A stretch of DNA of 64,000 bases from NCBI GenBank assembly GCA_002269645.1, contig NIVC01002829.1, positions 29,794 to 93,793 of the forward strand, read 5' to 3'. Shown here piece after piece: positions 1-11,215 of the stretch. This DNA is from Macrostomum lignano. Its lineage: Eukaryota. The first letter of the stretch is position 1; the number at the start of each line of letters is the position of its first letter. The translations under genes and the position numbers were made by a program. The notes under the pieces are model-generated. The model made no database searches. It saw nothing but the letters and a program-made list of their open reading frames with translations, and was not told the origin of the DNA.

Positions 1-816
1 GGCTGCGTGCTGTTCGCTGACGGCCGCGCCAGCCTGCTGGCTTTTGGCGGCCGGCTTGGCGGGGGCCGACTGAGCGACAAGCTGTTTCGTCTGGATCTTC
101 GCCAGCGTCGGTGGATGCTCGCGGCACAAGTCGGTCCGGATCGTCCAGCGCCTCGTTCCGGCGCCCTGGCCTGCGGCGTCGGCCACCGGCTGTACCTGAT
201 GTCCGGCGACGCGGGTGGCGAACACGGCGGCGGCATCGGATGCTCCCGGCGAAGCGCCGACCTGTGGCAGCTGGACGCCGCCCAGTGCCGGTGGACGCGC
301 CTGCCGGATCCTCCAATTGAAGTCGCCGAGTCTGCCGACTGTCTGTCCGGTGTCGGCGCTGACTGCCTGTTCGCCGTTGGCGGCGGCTGCTGCTGGCAGT
401 TTGACTTGTTCACCAGACGGTGGAGCCGGGTGCCGGTGTCCCGTCCTGCAGGCTGGGGTGACGATTGCTTCATCATCTTTGACGATGAGGAGACTGGCAG
501 CCATAGGTCGCGTAGGCTGTTGGCGGCAACTGCGGGTGGCGGTCGGCAGCTGTTCGTTCTTGGTTGCGATGGAGCCGTTGACAGCTTGGACACCTGCCTA
601 GCAACTGCCTGGCAACCGGTGCCGCCTGCGGATTCAGCTGCTGTGGCCGGCCTTCCGCGATACCTGGCGGCTGCGTGCACCTACACCGCCGATGCCGCCG
701 ACGCTTCGGACAGTGCCGGCAGCTTCGGCCTGCTGGTGCAGGGCGGCCTCGCCTGGCCGAGTGGACGGCCGCTGGCCGACCTGCAGCTGCTGCGATTTCG
801 CGAGCAGATCGTTTGA
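1..816 (+). CDS. Kelch-repeat (beta-propeller) protein, terminal exon, 5' partial
   Basis: Open frame from window start to TGA at 814-816. Kelch-like GG...W units (AFGGRLGGGRLSDKLFRLDLRQRRW; PAPRSG..LYLMSG; LFAVGG..W; LLVQGG). Confidence 0.75.
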   Translation, partial: GCVLFADGRASLLAFGGRLGGGRLSDKLFRLDLRQRRWMLAAQVGPDRPAPRSGALACGVGHRLYLMSGDAGGEHGGGIGCSRRSADLWQLDAAQCRWTRLPDPPIEVAESADCLSGVGADCLFAVGGGCCWQFDLFTRRWSRVPVSRPAGWGDDCFIIFDDEETGSHRSRRLLAATAGGGRQLFVLGCDGAVDSLDTCLATAWQPVPPADSAAVAGLPRYLAAACTYTADAADASDSAGSFGLLVQGGLAWPSGRPLADLQLLRFREQIV

Positions 817-844
817 GATTTTTTTACTTTGCCGGTTGCTGATG

Positions 845-1345
845 GGCAAGTTGCAGAGTGGACAGGTTGCGGAGTGGACAGGTTGCCAAGTGGACAGGTT
901 GCCAAGTGGACAGGTTGCCGAGTGGACAAGTTGCCGAGTAGACAGGTTGAAAAGTGGACAGGTTGCGGAGTGGACAGGTTGCGGAGTGGACAGGTTGCGG
1001 AGTGGACAGGTTGCCGAGTGGACAGGTTGCAGAGTGGACAGGTTGCAGAGTGGACAGGTTGCGGAGTGGACAGGTTGCGAAGTGGACAGGTTGCCGAGTG
1101 GACAGGTTGCCGAGTGGACAGGTTGCGAAGTGGACAGGTTGCGGAGTGGACAGGTTGCGGAGTGGACACGTTGAGAAGTGGACAGGTTGAGAAGTGGACA
1201 GGTTGAGAAGTGGACAGGTTGCGGAGTGGACAGGTTGAGAAGTGGACAGGTTGCGGAGTGGACAGGGTGAGAAGTGGACAGGTTGGGGAGTGGACAAGTT
1301 AGGGAGTGGACAGGTTAGGGAGTGGACAGGTTGGGGAGTGGACAC
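845..1345. repeat. 16-bp minisatellite (GAGTGGACAGGTTGCG)n, ~30 copies
   Basis: Direct reading; overlapping ORFs repeat every 16 aa (3 x 16 nt). Confidence 0.95.
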
Positions 1346-1965
1346 AAGTTAATACTTTCTATATATTAATTAAACAGGTGTATTATTCATCTAAAGAAGC
1401 ATTATTTGTTATAATTAAGCTTGAATCTATTTTTATATCTTTATCTGTGATTGTATATGCATAGTCTATTATTGCTCCTATATGCATTATTAGCCTTAAA
1501 TTGACTTTTATTCATATTGCGCATGCGAAATGTATAATTTCAAACGTTCTTACTCTTACAGCTTGATATGCGCGTTAATATTGTTCAGTATTGGTTACTC
1601 TTTTATTACGAGCTTAACTCTAACTCTGCCTTTACTGGTAGCAGTTGCATTGCACTGCTGCTTGCTGTACTAACTTATAATAAGATTATCATAATAAGTA
1701 AAATCCCTAGCATTGTTAGCAACATTTTTATAAACATTCCTTTTTCCATTTTTATCAACTAGATGTCTTACTATTATTTTAATGTCTTTTAATGGTTTAC
1801 AAATACATTCATATAAGCTTTGTATACTACTAATAGTCAACTTGATTCATTTGATCCATTTTAACTTTTTAGAGCTTAAAAAGAGAAGCTTTAGCTTTAG
1901 CACCAATCTATCGCTTGAGTTTGGTTAAGCAAAGTTTTACTTTGGCCAGTACGCAATGAATAACG

Positions 1966-2089
1966 GGCAGACAGACAGACAGACAGACAGGCAGACACAG
2001 ACAGACACTAAAACAGACAGTCAAGCAGACACAGACAGACAGACAGACAGACACCAAGACAGACAGACAGACGGACAGACAGACAGACG

Positions 2090-2129
<40 letters not shown>

Positions 2130-2195
2130 AACACACAGACAGACAAACACACAGACAAAGACAGACAGGCAGACAGACAGACAGACACACAGACA
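1966..2195. repeat. (CAGA)n microsatellite, imperfect
   Basis: Direct reading. Confidence 0.95.
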
Positions 2196-2231
2196 GTCCC
2201 CACCTGCCCCACCCGAACCCGCAGCCAGCCG

Positions 2232-2672
2232 ATGCCGTCAGCTGTCCCAGCCGTGCAGCTCCTGCCTCGCCTTTGCGCCGCCCGGCGCGCCACCGCCGCC
2301 GCCGCCATGGCCGCCTGGCGCCGCGGCCTCAGCAGCTCCAGCGGTGCCGTCACCACCACAACAGCCAAGGCTGCGGCAGTGGACATGCCCGACTCCGCCT
2401 TCGAGGAGACGCACACCGGGCAGCGCTTTGAGCCGGGCGACTACCGCCTGGCCAGGTTCGTGGGCAAGCAGAAGCTGATCAACAAGCAGCAGGCCATCGA
2501 CCTCGTGCACGAGGTGCCCCCAATCCCCAGTCAGGACCGCGTCGTCCACTGCGACGGCGGCGACCCGGCTCTCGGGCATCCGCGGGTGTACATCAACCTG
2601 GACGGGCCGGGGCCGCACATCTGCGGCTACTGCGGCCTGAGGTACTTCTACGAGGACAAGCACCACCACTGA
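2232..2672 (+). CDS. NDUFS6: NADH dehydrogenase (complex I) Fe-S protein 6, intronless. Start is ATG 2232 or the strong-Kozak ATG 2307 (GCCGCCATGG, 121 aa).
   Basis: THTGQ..DYRLARF..K.IN...AIDL..EVP...[20 protein letters not shown]...CGYCGLRY is the NDUFS6 zf-CHCC signature. The N-terminus is Arg/Ala/Ser-rich like a mitochondrial presequence. Confidence 0.93.
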   Translation: MPSAVPAVQLLPRLCAARRATAAAAMAAWRRGLSSSSGAVTTTTAKAAAVDMPDSAFEETHTGQRFEPGDYRLARFVGKQKLINKQQAIDLVHEVPPIPSQDRVVHCDGGDPALGHPRVYINLDGPGPHICGYCGLRYFYEDKHHH

Positions 2673-3029
2673 GCGTGCGGAGTATTGGCTTGGCTGGGCC
2701 TGCAGCATGCCTAGCCTTGACTATGCATAGAAACCTATTATCATTACTATTAACTAGCTAAAGTCCCTCAGTCCCTGCCGTTTTGCGACTGTGTACAATT
2801 TAGTTCCCCATGTCCATGCAAATATATGAGGATTCACGGAGCATAGCAACAGCTTCCCGTGCGATAAATCCCGCTTAGAGATTCTCTAAATGCACGCGAT
2901 TTTGTTGGGAATATCTTTTCTAATCTGCCCTCCTAATGCTCTGATATTTGAGCTGATGTGTATCTGGAATATCTCCCATAGGTTTGTCTTCGTAGGCCCC
3001 TTGACTCTCATTTGCCCTCTTCATCTCAC

Positions 3030-3760
3030 TATTGATATCTTCTTCATCTCACCTACCTTGATTCCCTTTTATTTCACATTGATTCCCCTTCATCTCACCT
3101 TGATTCCCCTTCATCTTACCTTGATATCTTCTTCATCTCACCTTGATTCCCCTTCATCTCACCTTAACTCCTCATCATCTCACCTTGATTCCCCTTCATC
3201 TCACCTTGATTTCCCTTCATCTCACCTTGATTTCCCTTCATCTCACCTTGATTCCCCTTCATCTCACCTTGATTCCCTCTCATCTCATTTTGATTCCCCT
3301 TCATCTCACCTTGATTTCCCTTCATCTCACCTTGATTCCCCTTCATCTCACCTTGATTTCCCTTCATCTCACCTTGATCCCCCTTCATCTCACCTTTATT
3401 TCCCTTCATCTCACCTTGATTTCCCTTCATCTCACCTTTATTTCCCTTCATCTCACCTTGATTCCCCTTCATCTCACCTTGATTTCCCTTCATCTCACCT
3501 TGATTCCCCTTCATCTCACCTTGATTCCCCTTCATCAGTGGTTCGCCTTCATATCACATTGATTTCCATTCATCTCACCTTAACTCCTCATCGTGTTACC
3601 TTGATATTTTCTTCATCTCACCTTGATTCCCCCTCATCTCACTTTGATTCCCTTTCATCTCACCTTGATTCCCCTTCATCGGTGATTCGCCTTTATCTCA
3701 TATTGATTCCCATTCATCTCATCTTGATTTCCATTCATCTCACCCTGGTTCCCATTCGTC
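3030..3760. repeat. 21-bp pyrimidine-rich minisatellite (TTCATCTCACCTTGATTCCCC)n
   Basis: Direct reading; 7-aa periodic ORFs. Confidence 0.95.
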
Positions 3761-3921
3761 TGACCTCGCCTCCCCATCATCACTCCCCAACCCGAGAGAA
3801 GCTGGTTGCTTCCTACAAATGCAATCCGAAGGCCAGCCCAGCCAGTGCATCCGCCGCCCACCCTTGCTGCGCTGAGCGGCTCGCCCACTAACCGGCTGCA
3901 ATCGCACGCACAAGAAGAGCA

Positions 3922-4491
3922 ATGCTGAAGGCAGTGCCGCATCTGGTCCGCTGCGCCAACTGCCAGGCGCGAGCGCTCACCTTCTACCGTCTCTACTGTC
4001 AGGGCGGCACCGGTGGCAGCAGCGGCGGCGGCGGGCGCCGGCCGAAAGGTTTTGACAAATTCTTCGACAAAGCCAAGCAGAGCGGCGCCGCTGCCAAGCA
4101 GCCGCCGGCAGCCGAAGGCGAGAAGCCGCCACCGAAAAGTGCTCAATCGGCGTCTTCATCGAAGTCGTCCTCGAAGCCGCCGCCGCCGCCGCCGCCTCCG
4201 AAGAAACCGTCGACGTCCGGGTCGCCGCCGGAGGGATTCGACGAGTTCAAGCGGCAGCTTAACGAGCAGTGGTCGAAGTTTTTCTCTAGCGGCAGCGCCG
4301 GCGGCGGCAGTGGCGGAGGTGGCGGCGGAGGCGACGGCTCAGACCTGCTGAGGTCGGCGATGATGCTGGTGGGAGCCGCGGGCCTGGTCGGCCTGGTGTA
4401 CGCGCTCAACTATGCGGGACAGTTCAAAGAGATCACCTGGAAGGAGTTTGTTAACGACTACCTGTCTAAGGGGCTTGTCGGTCAACTGGAG
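3922..4491 (+). CDS. AFG3L2: AFG3-like m-AAA protease, exon 1 (presequence, first TM, EITWKEFVNDYLSKG)
   Basis: ATG 3922; donor GAG|GT at 4492, phase 0. Motif matches the AFG3L2 FtsH-ext region. Confidence 0.9.
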
Positions 4492-4799
4492 GTGCGTCTT
4501 TAAGCAGCAGGAGTGTCCAGTTCATTTTTAGCTACTTAGTTAGTAGTATAATGCTCAGTTTTTCTGGATTTTTAATGCTATTTTATAATCGTGCGATTTA
4601 ATAGCTAATAAAATGTCTTGTAAATCTGTCTATGTAGCTCGTACATAGTTTGAACAAAAGGGTCACTAGCGGAGTGAAATAGTGCATTCGCCCGCTAGCG
4701 CTGTAAGTTAAGCAGGAAGTTGGCTGGGGTTAGCAGTAATTTAAGATAAGCAGCTTGTTGAGTCACGTCTCCCAAATCAGCAACCGTATGCAAATTTGC

Positions 4800-5350
4800 A
4801 GTGAGATTTGGTAAGGAGTAGGCTGAGATTTTATGGGGGGTGGGTGAGATTTGGTGAGGGGTGGGGTGAGATTTGGTGAGGGGTGGGGTGCGATTTGGTG
4901 AGGGATAGGAGTGAGATTTAGTGAGGGATAGGGTAAGATTTGGTGAGGGGTGGGGTGCGATTTGGTGAGGGATAGGAGTGAGATTTAGTGAGGGATAGGG
5001 TGAGATTTGGTGAGGGGTGGGGTGGGTAAGATTTGGTGAGGGATAGGATGAGATTTAGTGAGGGATAGGGTGAGATTTGGTGAGGAGTGGGGTGGGTAAG
5101 ATTTGGTGAGGGATAGGATGAGATTTTGTGAGGGGTGGGGTGAGATTTGGTGAGGGATGGGATGAGATTTTGTGAGGGGTGGTGTGAGATTTGATGAGGG
5201 ATATGGTGAGATTTGGTGATGGATAGGGTGAGATTTGGTGAGGGATAGGATGCGATTTAGTGAGGGATAGGGTGACATTTGGTGAGGGATAGGATGAAAT
5301 TTGGTGAGGGGAGGGGTGGGTTGAGATTTGCTGAGGGGTGGGGTGAAATT
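4800..5350. repeat. ~22-bp minisatellite (GTGAGATTTGGTGAGGGRTRGG)n in AFG3L2 intron 1
   Basis: Direct reading. Confidence 0.9.
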
Positions 5351-5531
5351 TTCATAAGGCGCATGGGGTAAGACTCAAGCAGAGGAGTGGAGTAAGTTTC
5401 ATAAATTCTCTAATACCTTAATAACTTTCTAATCAAGCTAATTTTCAGACAGTAGAAATGTGATGGTTTTGAAGCCCTGCAACCTCCTTAGTCATAATGA
5501 TAATAATAGCATTAATATTAATAACCCGCAG

Positions 5532-6318
5532 GTGGTCAATCGCGAGTGGGTCCGCGTGGTGCCCACCGAGGCCAGCCCGGACGGCCTGGTCCGCTGGTTC
5601 GCCCTCGGCTCCGTTGAATCGTTTGAGAAAAGCCTTCGGGCAGCCGAGGACTGGCAGCAGGTGTCGCCGGAGCAGCGGATCAGCGTGGTGTACAAGAACA
5701 ACAGCACCTCGCAGTCCAGCGCCATGTCAACGCTGAGCACCGGCTTCTTCATGCTGCTAAGCGCCTGGTTCGCCATGCGCATCCTGAGCGGCATGCGCGG
5801 CGGCACCGGCGGCTTCCGCTCCGGCAAGCAGGGCGGCGGCATGTCCCGCTTCAGCCCGTTCGGCAGCTTCACCCAGTCCACCGTCAAGCTGGTGGAGAAG
5901 GACCAGATCAAGGTCGGCTTCAAGGACGTGGCCGGCTGCGACGAGGCCAAGACGGAGATAATCGAGTTTGTCAACTTCCTGCGCCGGCCGGAGCAGTACC
6001 GGGCGCTTGGCGCCAAAATCCCGCGCGGCGCCATTTTGAAAGGCCCGCCGGGCACCGGCAAGACTCTGCTGGCCAAGGCCACCGCCGGCGAGGCCAACGT
6101 GCCGTTTCTGTCTGTCAGCGGCTCCGAGTTCCAGGAGATGTTTGTCGGCGTCGGGCCCAGCCGGGTGCGCGACATGTTCGCCACGGCGCGGCGCAAGGCG
6201 CCCTGCATCCTGTTCATCGACGAGATTGACGCCATCGGGCGCAAGCGGTCTGGCCGGAGTTTCGGCGGCAGCAGCGAGCAGGAGAACACGCTGAACCAGC
6301 TGCTGGTGGAGATGGACG
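5532..6318 (+). CDS. AFG3L2: AFG3L2 exon 2 (second TM, AAA domain)
   Basis: Acceptor CGCAG| at 5531. Walker A GPPGTGKT, Walker [21 protein letters not shown]. Donor G|GTGAG at 6319, phase 1. Confidence 0.97.
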
Positions 6319-6484
6319 GTGAGTAATATATAAATCCTGTGCTCGAATCCTGCACGGTTGAGCAGTCTCACTTTGTTTTGCGTGCGTGCGATGGGTTTTC
6401 GTGCGATCCACAGCCATGGGGGCCAACACCCAAAACGCACAGGGAGTGAATTGACAGAATTGCCTCAGAGCTGGTTGTAGCACA

Positions 6485-6580
6485 ATGTGGCTTAACTTAG
6501 TGATTAGAGCATCTGACTCACGACTGAAAGGTCGGGGGTTCGATTCTCGACCCACTTGTGTCCTTGAGCAAGACTCTTTA
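6485..6580 (+). mobile_element. Truncated tRNA-derived SINE head with a conserved-domain-like stretch, in AFG3L2 intron 2
   Basis: A-box-like TGGCTTAACTTAGTG, B-box GGTTCGATTC, then TGTGTCCTTGAGCAAGAC resembling CORE/Meta-type SINE central domains. The anticodon stem does not pair. Confidence 0.55.
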
Positions 6581-6657
6581 TTATACTTTATAGTATAATT
6601 ATACGAGTATTATCTATTGAAGCGACCTAAAATTGGACCTCTTGCCCGGGCCCGCAG

Positions 6658-7022
6658 GCTTCGACACCAAAGCCAACGTGGTGGTGCTGGCCGCCACGAA
6701 CCGCATCGACGTGCTGGACCCGGCCCTGCTGCGGCCCGGCCGGTTCGACCGCCAGGTCTACGTCGAACTGCCTGACATCAAAGGCCGGGCCGCCATTTTC
6801 CGTGTCCACCAGAAGCCGTTGAAACTTGACGACGGTCTGGACACCAAGGATCTGTCTCAGAAGCTGGCCGCCAGGACTCCCGGCTTCTCTGGGGCGGACA
6901 TCGCCAATGTGTGCAACGAGGCTGCGCTGATCGCCGCCAGGGACTGCAACCAGGCCATCTACTGGAAGCACTTCGAGGCCGCCATTGACCGCGTCATTGC
7001 CGGCCTGGAGAAGAAGACTCAG
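6658..7022 (+). CDS. AFG3L2: AFG3L2 exon 3 (second region of homology, AAA lid)
   Basis: Acceptor CGCAG| at 6657. [36 protein letters not shown]. Donor CAG|GT at 7023. Confidence 0.97.
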
Positions 7023-7089
7023 GTGGGCATTGCCGGAGATATTAGGAGACCTGATTGAGTTCTTTAGAGGGGCTGGGGTGTATTGGACC

Positions 7090-7550
7090 TTCGGGACCCG
7101 ATTGAGGACCTTTGGGACCTGATTGAGGATCTTAAGGACCTGATTGAGGACCTTTGAGACCCAATTGAGGACATTTAGGACCTGATTGAGAACCTTTGAG
7201 ACCCAATTGAGGACCTTCGGAACCCGATTAAGGACCTTCGGAACCCGATTGAGGACCTTCGGAACCCGATTGAGGACCTTCGGAACCCGATTGAGGACCT
7301 TCGGAACCCGATTGAGGACCTTCGGAACCCGATTGAGGACCTTCGGAACCCGATTGAGGACCTGATTACATTAAGAATCTGATTGGGTTTAGCGGAGAGT
7401 CCTGATTGAGGACCTTTGGGACCCAATTGAGGACATTTAGGACCTGATTGAAGACCTTTGAGACCCAATTGAGGACCTTCGGAACCCGATTGAGGACCTG
7501 ATTACATTAAGAATCTGACTGGGTTTAGCGGAGAGACCTGATTGAGGACC
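7090..7550. repeat. 21-bp minisatellite (GATTGAGGACCTTCGGAACCC)n in AFG3L2 intron 3
   Basis: Direct reading. Confidence 0.9.
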
Positions 7551-7642
7551 TCGATGGATGCGCTTAGCCTAGAATCCTAGCCTGTATCCTAGTCTTAGGA
7601 ATGCAGGTGAGCACAGAGCACTCTCCATCTCACCCCCGCCAG

Positions 7643-7915
7643 GTGCTGTCCCCGGAGGAGAAGCGCACAGTCAGCGTGCACGAGGCCGGTCACGCCGTGG
7701 CCGGGTGGTTTCTTGAACACTGCTATCCGCTGCTTAAGGTCAGCATCATTCCCCGGGGCAAAGCGCTTGGCTACGCCCAGTACCAGCCTAGGGACGTGTA
7801 CCTGATGACCCCGGAGATGATGCACCAGCAGATGGTGATGACGATGGGCGGCCGGGCTGCTGAGCAGGTGTTCTTCAACAAGTTCTCGAACGGTGCCCAG
7901 GACGACTTGCAGAAG
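7643..7915 (+). CDS. AFG3L2: AFG3L2 exon 4 (M41 peptidase, HEAGH zinc motif)
   Basis: Acceptor CCAG| at 7642. HEAGH and GGRAAE. Donor AAG|GTGAG at 7916, phase 0. Confidence 0.97.
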
Positions 7916-8114
7916 GTGAGTTACCATTATTGAGTTTAATTCTCAGATATTTATATCTCTGTACTCCTAGGCACAGGGGTTTGCACACTGCCTGACGACA
8001 GCACCGCTGTGCACCCTGTGTGAGCGTGTGCCTGCGTGAGTACACATGAGTGCGTGCTCGGCGGTCAGCGGATTAAAGGTCTACGAAAATTGACTGCCAC
8101 AAATCTACTGCAGA

Positions 8115-8640
8115 CCCTAACCCGAACCTAAACCCTGAGCTTAACCTAAACTCCAACCTAAACTTTGACACTAATCTCAACCCTAACCTAAACCTAAACC
8201 TAAGCCAACCAAAATACCAACCTAGACCTAAACCCCAACCTAAACTCCAAACTAAAGCCAAACCTAAACCTAACCCCAGCCTAGACCCTAACCTAAACTC
8301 CAACCTAAACTCAATCTAAACTCCAACTTAAACTCAGCCTAAACCCCAACCTAAACCCCAACTTAAACCCAACTTAAACCCAACCTAAACTCCAACTTAA
8401 ACTCAACCTAAACCCCACCTTAAACCCAACTTAAACTCAACCTAAACCCCAACCTAAACCCCACCTTAAACCCACCTTAAACCCAACCTAAACCCCAACT
8501 TAAACTCAACCTAAACCTCAACGTAAACCCCAGCCTAAACCCCAACGTAAACCCCAGCCTAGACCGCAGCCTAAACCCCAACTTAAACCCAGCCTAAATC
8601 CCTACTTAAACTCAACCTAAACCCTAACCCTAACCTAAAA
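8115..8640. repeat. Degenerate telomere-like (CCTAAA/CCCTAA/CCCAA) array in AFG3L2 intron 4
   Basis: Direct reading; a perfect CCCTAACCCTAACC occurs near 8622-8635. Confidence 0.8.
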
Positions 8641-8807
8641 TCTCGGCAGGCAATGGCCTCGCTGCCGCGTTCGACTGTCCCCTCGATTTGCGGCAGCGCA
8701 CCAAAGTACACAAATTTATCTAAGCTCCAGGACGTTCACCTTGCATGGTGATGATGGAAACCAGCCTCACATTTCCTGCTCACTGCCCCCGTCCCCTCTC
8801 CCTACAG

Positions 8808-9272
8808 GTGACGAAGTCCGCCTACACTCAGGTGGCTCAGCTGGGCTTCAGCGACAAGCTCGGCCACCTGAGCTACTCGCAGGAGCAGGAGGGCTTCCAG
8901 AAGCCGTTCTCCGAGGCCACCGCCGCCCTCATTGACGAGGAGGTGAAGCTGCTGATCAGCCGGGCTTGGCAGGACGCGGTGGCGCTGCTGACTGAGAAGC
9001 GAGCCCAGGTGCAGGCCGTGGCTGACCGCCTGCTGGAGCGGGAGAGCATCGACAAGGAGGACCTCATCCAGCTGCTTGGCGAGCGCCCATTTGTCGAGAA
9101 GGTCACCTACGAGGAGCTGACGGCGGGCACCGGCGCGGACGGCGAGTTGGAGCTGCCGGAGGGCCTGAAGGACTGGAATAAGCCGGTTGAGGAGCCCGCC
9201 GACAAGGAGCAGAGGGCGGACTCGCCGCCGCCTCCGACCCGTCCCAGTGTTAACGGTGGCGGCGGCAGCTGA
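8808..9272 (+). CDS. AFG3L2: AFG3L2 exon 5 (end of the M41 domain)
   Basis: Acceptor TACAG| at 8807. VTKSAY..FSEATAALIDEEV..LLERE.I..EDL..LLG.RPF; TGA at 9270-9272. Confidence 0.95.
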   Translation: MTKSAYTQVAQLGFSDKLGHLSYSQEQEGFQKPFSEATAALIDEEVKLLISRAWQDAVALLTEKRAQVQAVADRLLERESIDKEDLIQLLGERPFVEKVTYEELTAGTGADGELELPEGLKDWNKPVEEPADKEQRADSPPPPTRPSVNGGGGS

Positions 9273-9368
9273 TTGTTATAGCTCATTTGATTGATTGCTA
9301 TGCATTACTTTCAGTAGTCTATCGTTAACCGATGTGCTGTTTTTTAGTCCCGTCTGTTTGTCCTGTCA

Positions 9369-9374
9369 AATAAA
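9369..9374 (+). promoter_or_regulatory. AATAAA polyadenylation signal of AFG3L2
   Basis: Canonical hexamer ~97 nt after the stop codon. Confidence 0.6.
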
Positions 9375-9419
9375 GAGCATGCGGCTATATTAAGATTTTT
9401 GTTACTTTTCTATTACAAG

Positions 9420-11215
9420 CCAGTGCGCGCTTATTATCAATGCGCTGTTAAAACCAGTGCGCGCTTAGCATCAATGTGCTCTTAAAACCAATGCGCTCTT
9501 AGAACCAGTGCGCGCTTAAAACCAATGCGCTCTTAGAACCAGTGCGCGCTTAAAACCAATGCGCTCTTAGAACCAGTGCGCGCTTAGCATCAATGTGCTC
9601 TTAAAACCAATGCGCTCTTAGAACCAGTGCGCGCTTAGCATCAATGTGCTCTTAAAACCAATGCGCTCTTAGAACCAGTGCGCGCTTAGCATCAATGTGC
9701 TCTTAAAACCAATGCGCTCTTAGAACCAGTGCGTGCTTAGCATCAATGTGCTCTTAAAACCAATGCGCTCTTAGAACCAGTGCGCGCTTAAAACCAATGC
9801 GCTCTTAGAACCAGTGCGGGCTTAAAACCAATGCGCTCTTACAACCGGTGCGCGCTTAAAACTAGTGCGCTCTTAAAACCAGTGCGCGCTTAAAACCAAT
9901 GCGCTCTTAGAACCAATGCGCGCTTAGTACCAATGCACTCTTAGTACCAATGCACTCCTAGTACCAATGCACTCTTAGTACCAATGCGCGCTTAGCATCA
10001 ATGTGCTCTTAAAACCAGTGCGCGCTTAAAACCAATGCGCTCTTAGAACCAGTGCGCGCTTAAAACCAATGCGCTCTTAGAACCAGTGCGCTTAAAACCA
10101 ATGCGCTCTTAAAACCGGTGCGCGCTTAAAACTAGTGCGCTCTTAAAACCAGTGCACGCTTAAAACCAATGCGCTCTTAGAACCAATGCGCGCTTAGTAC
10201 CAATGCACTCTTAGTACCAATGCACTCTTAGTACCAATGCACTCTTAGTACCAATGCGCGCTTAGCATCAATGTGCTCTTAAAACCAGTGCGCGCTTAAA
10301 ACCAATGCGCTCTTAGAACCAGTGCGCGCTTAAAACCAATGCGCTCTTAGAACCAATGCGGGCTTAGTACCAATGCACTCTTAGTACCAATGCACTCTTA
10401 GTACCAATGCACTCTTAGTACCAATGCGCGCTTAGCATCAATGTGCTCTTAAAACCAGTGCGCGCTTAAAACCAATGCGCTCTTAGAACCAGTGCGCGCT
10501 TAAAACCAATGCGCTCTTAGAACCAGTGCGCGCTTAAAACCAATGCGCTCTTAGAACCAGTGCGCGCTTAAAACCAATGCGCTCTTAGAACCAGTGCGCG
10601 CTTAGCATCAATGTGCTCTTAAAACCAATGCGCTCTTAGAACCAGTGTGCGCTTAGCATCAATGTGCTCTTAAAACCAATGCGCTCTTAGAACCAGTGCG
10701 CGCTTAGCATTAATGTGCTCTTAAAACCAATGCGCTCTTAGAACCAGTGCGTGCTTAGCATCAATGTGCTCTTAAAACCAATGCGCTCTTAGAACCAGTG
10801 CGCGCTTAAAACCAATGCGCTCTTAGAACCAGTGCGCGCTTAAAACCAATGCGCTCTTAGAACCAGTGCGCTTAAAACCAATGCGCTCTTAAAACCGGTG
10901 CGCGCTTAAAACTAGTGCGCTCTTAAAACCAGTGCACGCTTAAAACCAATGCGCTCTTAGAACCAATGCGCGCTTAGTACCAATGCACTCTTAGTACCAA
11001 TGCACTCTTAGTACCAATGCACTCTTAGTACCAATGCGCGCTTAGCATCAATGTGCTCTTAAAACCAGTGCACGCTTAAAACCAATGCGCGCTTAAAACG
11101 AAAGCGCTATTAGAACCAATGCACACTTAGTACCAATGCGCTCTTAGAACCAATGCGCGCTTAATGCCAGAGCGCGCTTAGTGACAGCTTGCTCCAGTAC
11201 CAGTGCGCGCTTAGA
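9420..11215. repeat. 17-bp CpG-rich minisatellite (CTTAAAACCAATGCGCT / CTTAGAACCAGTGCGCG) with higher-order structure
   Basis: Direct reading; block 10021-10290 recurs at 10801-11070. Confidence 0.95.

Noticed and set aside
6485-6560. Functional tRNA gene
   Set aside because: The anticodon and acceptor stems do not pair properly; treated as a SINE head.
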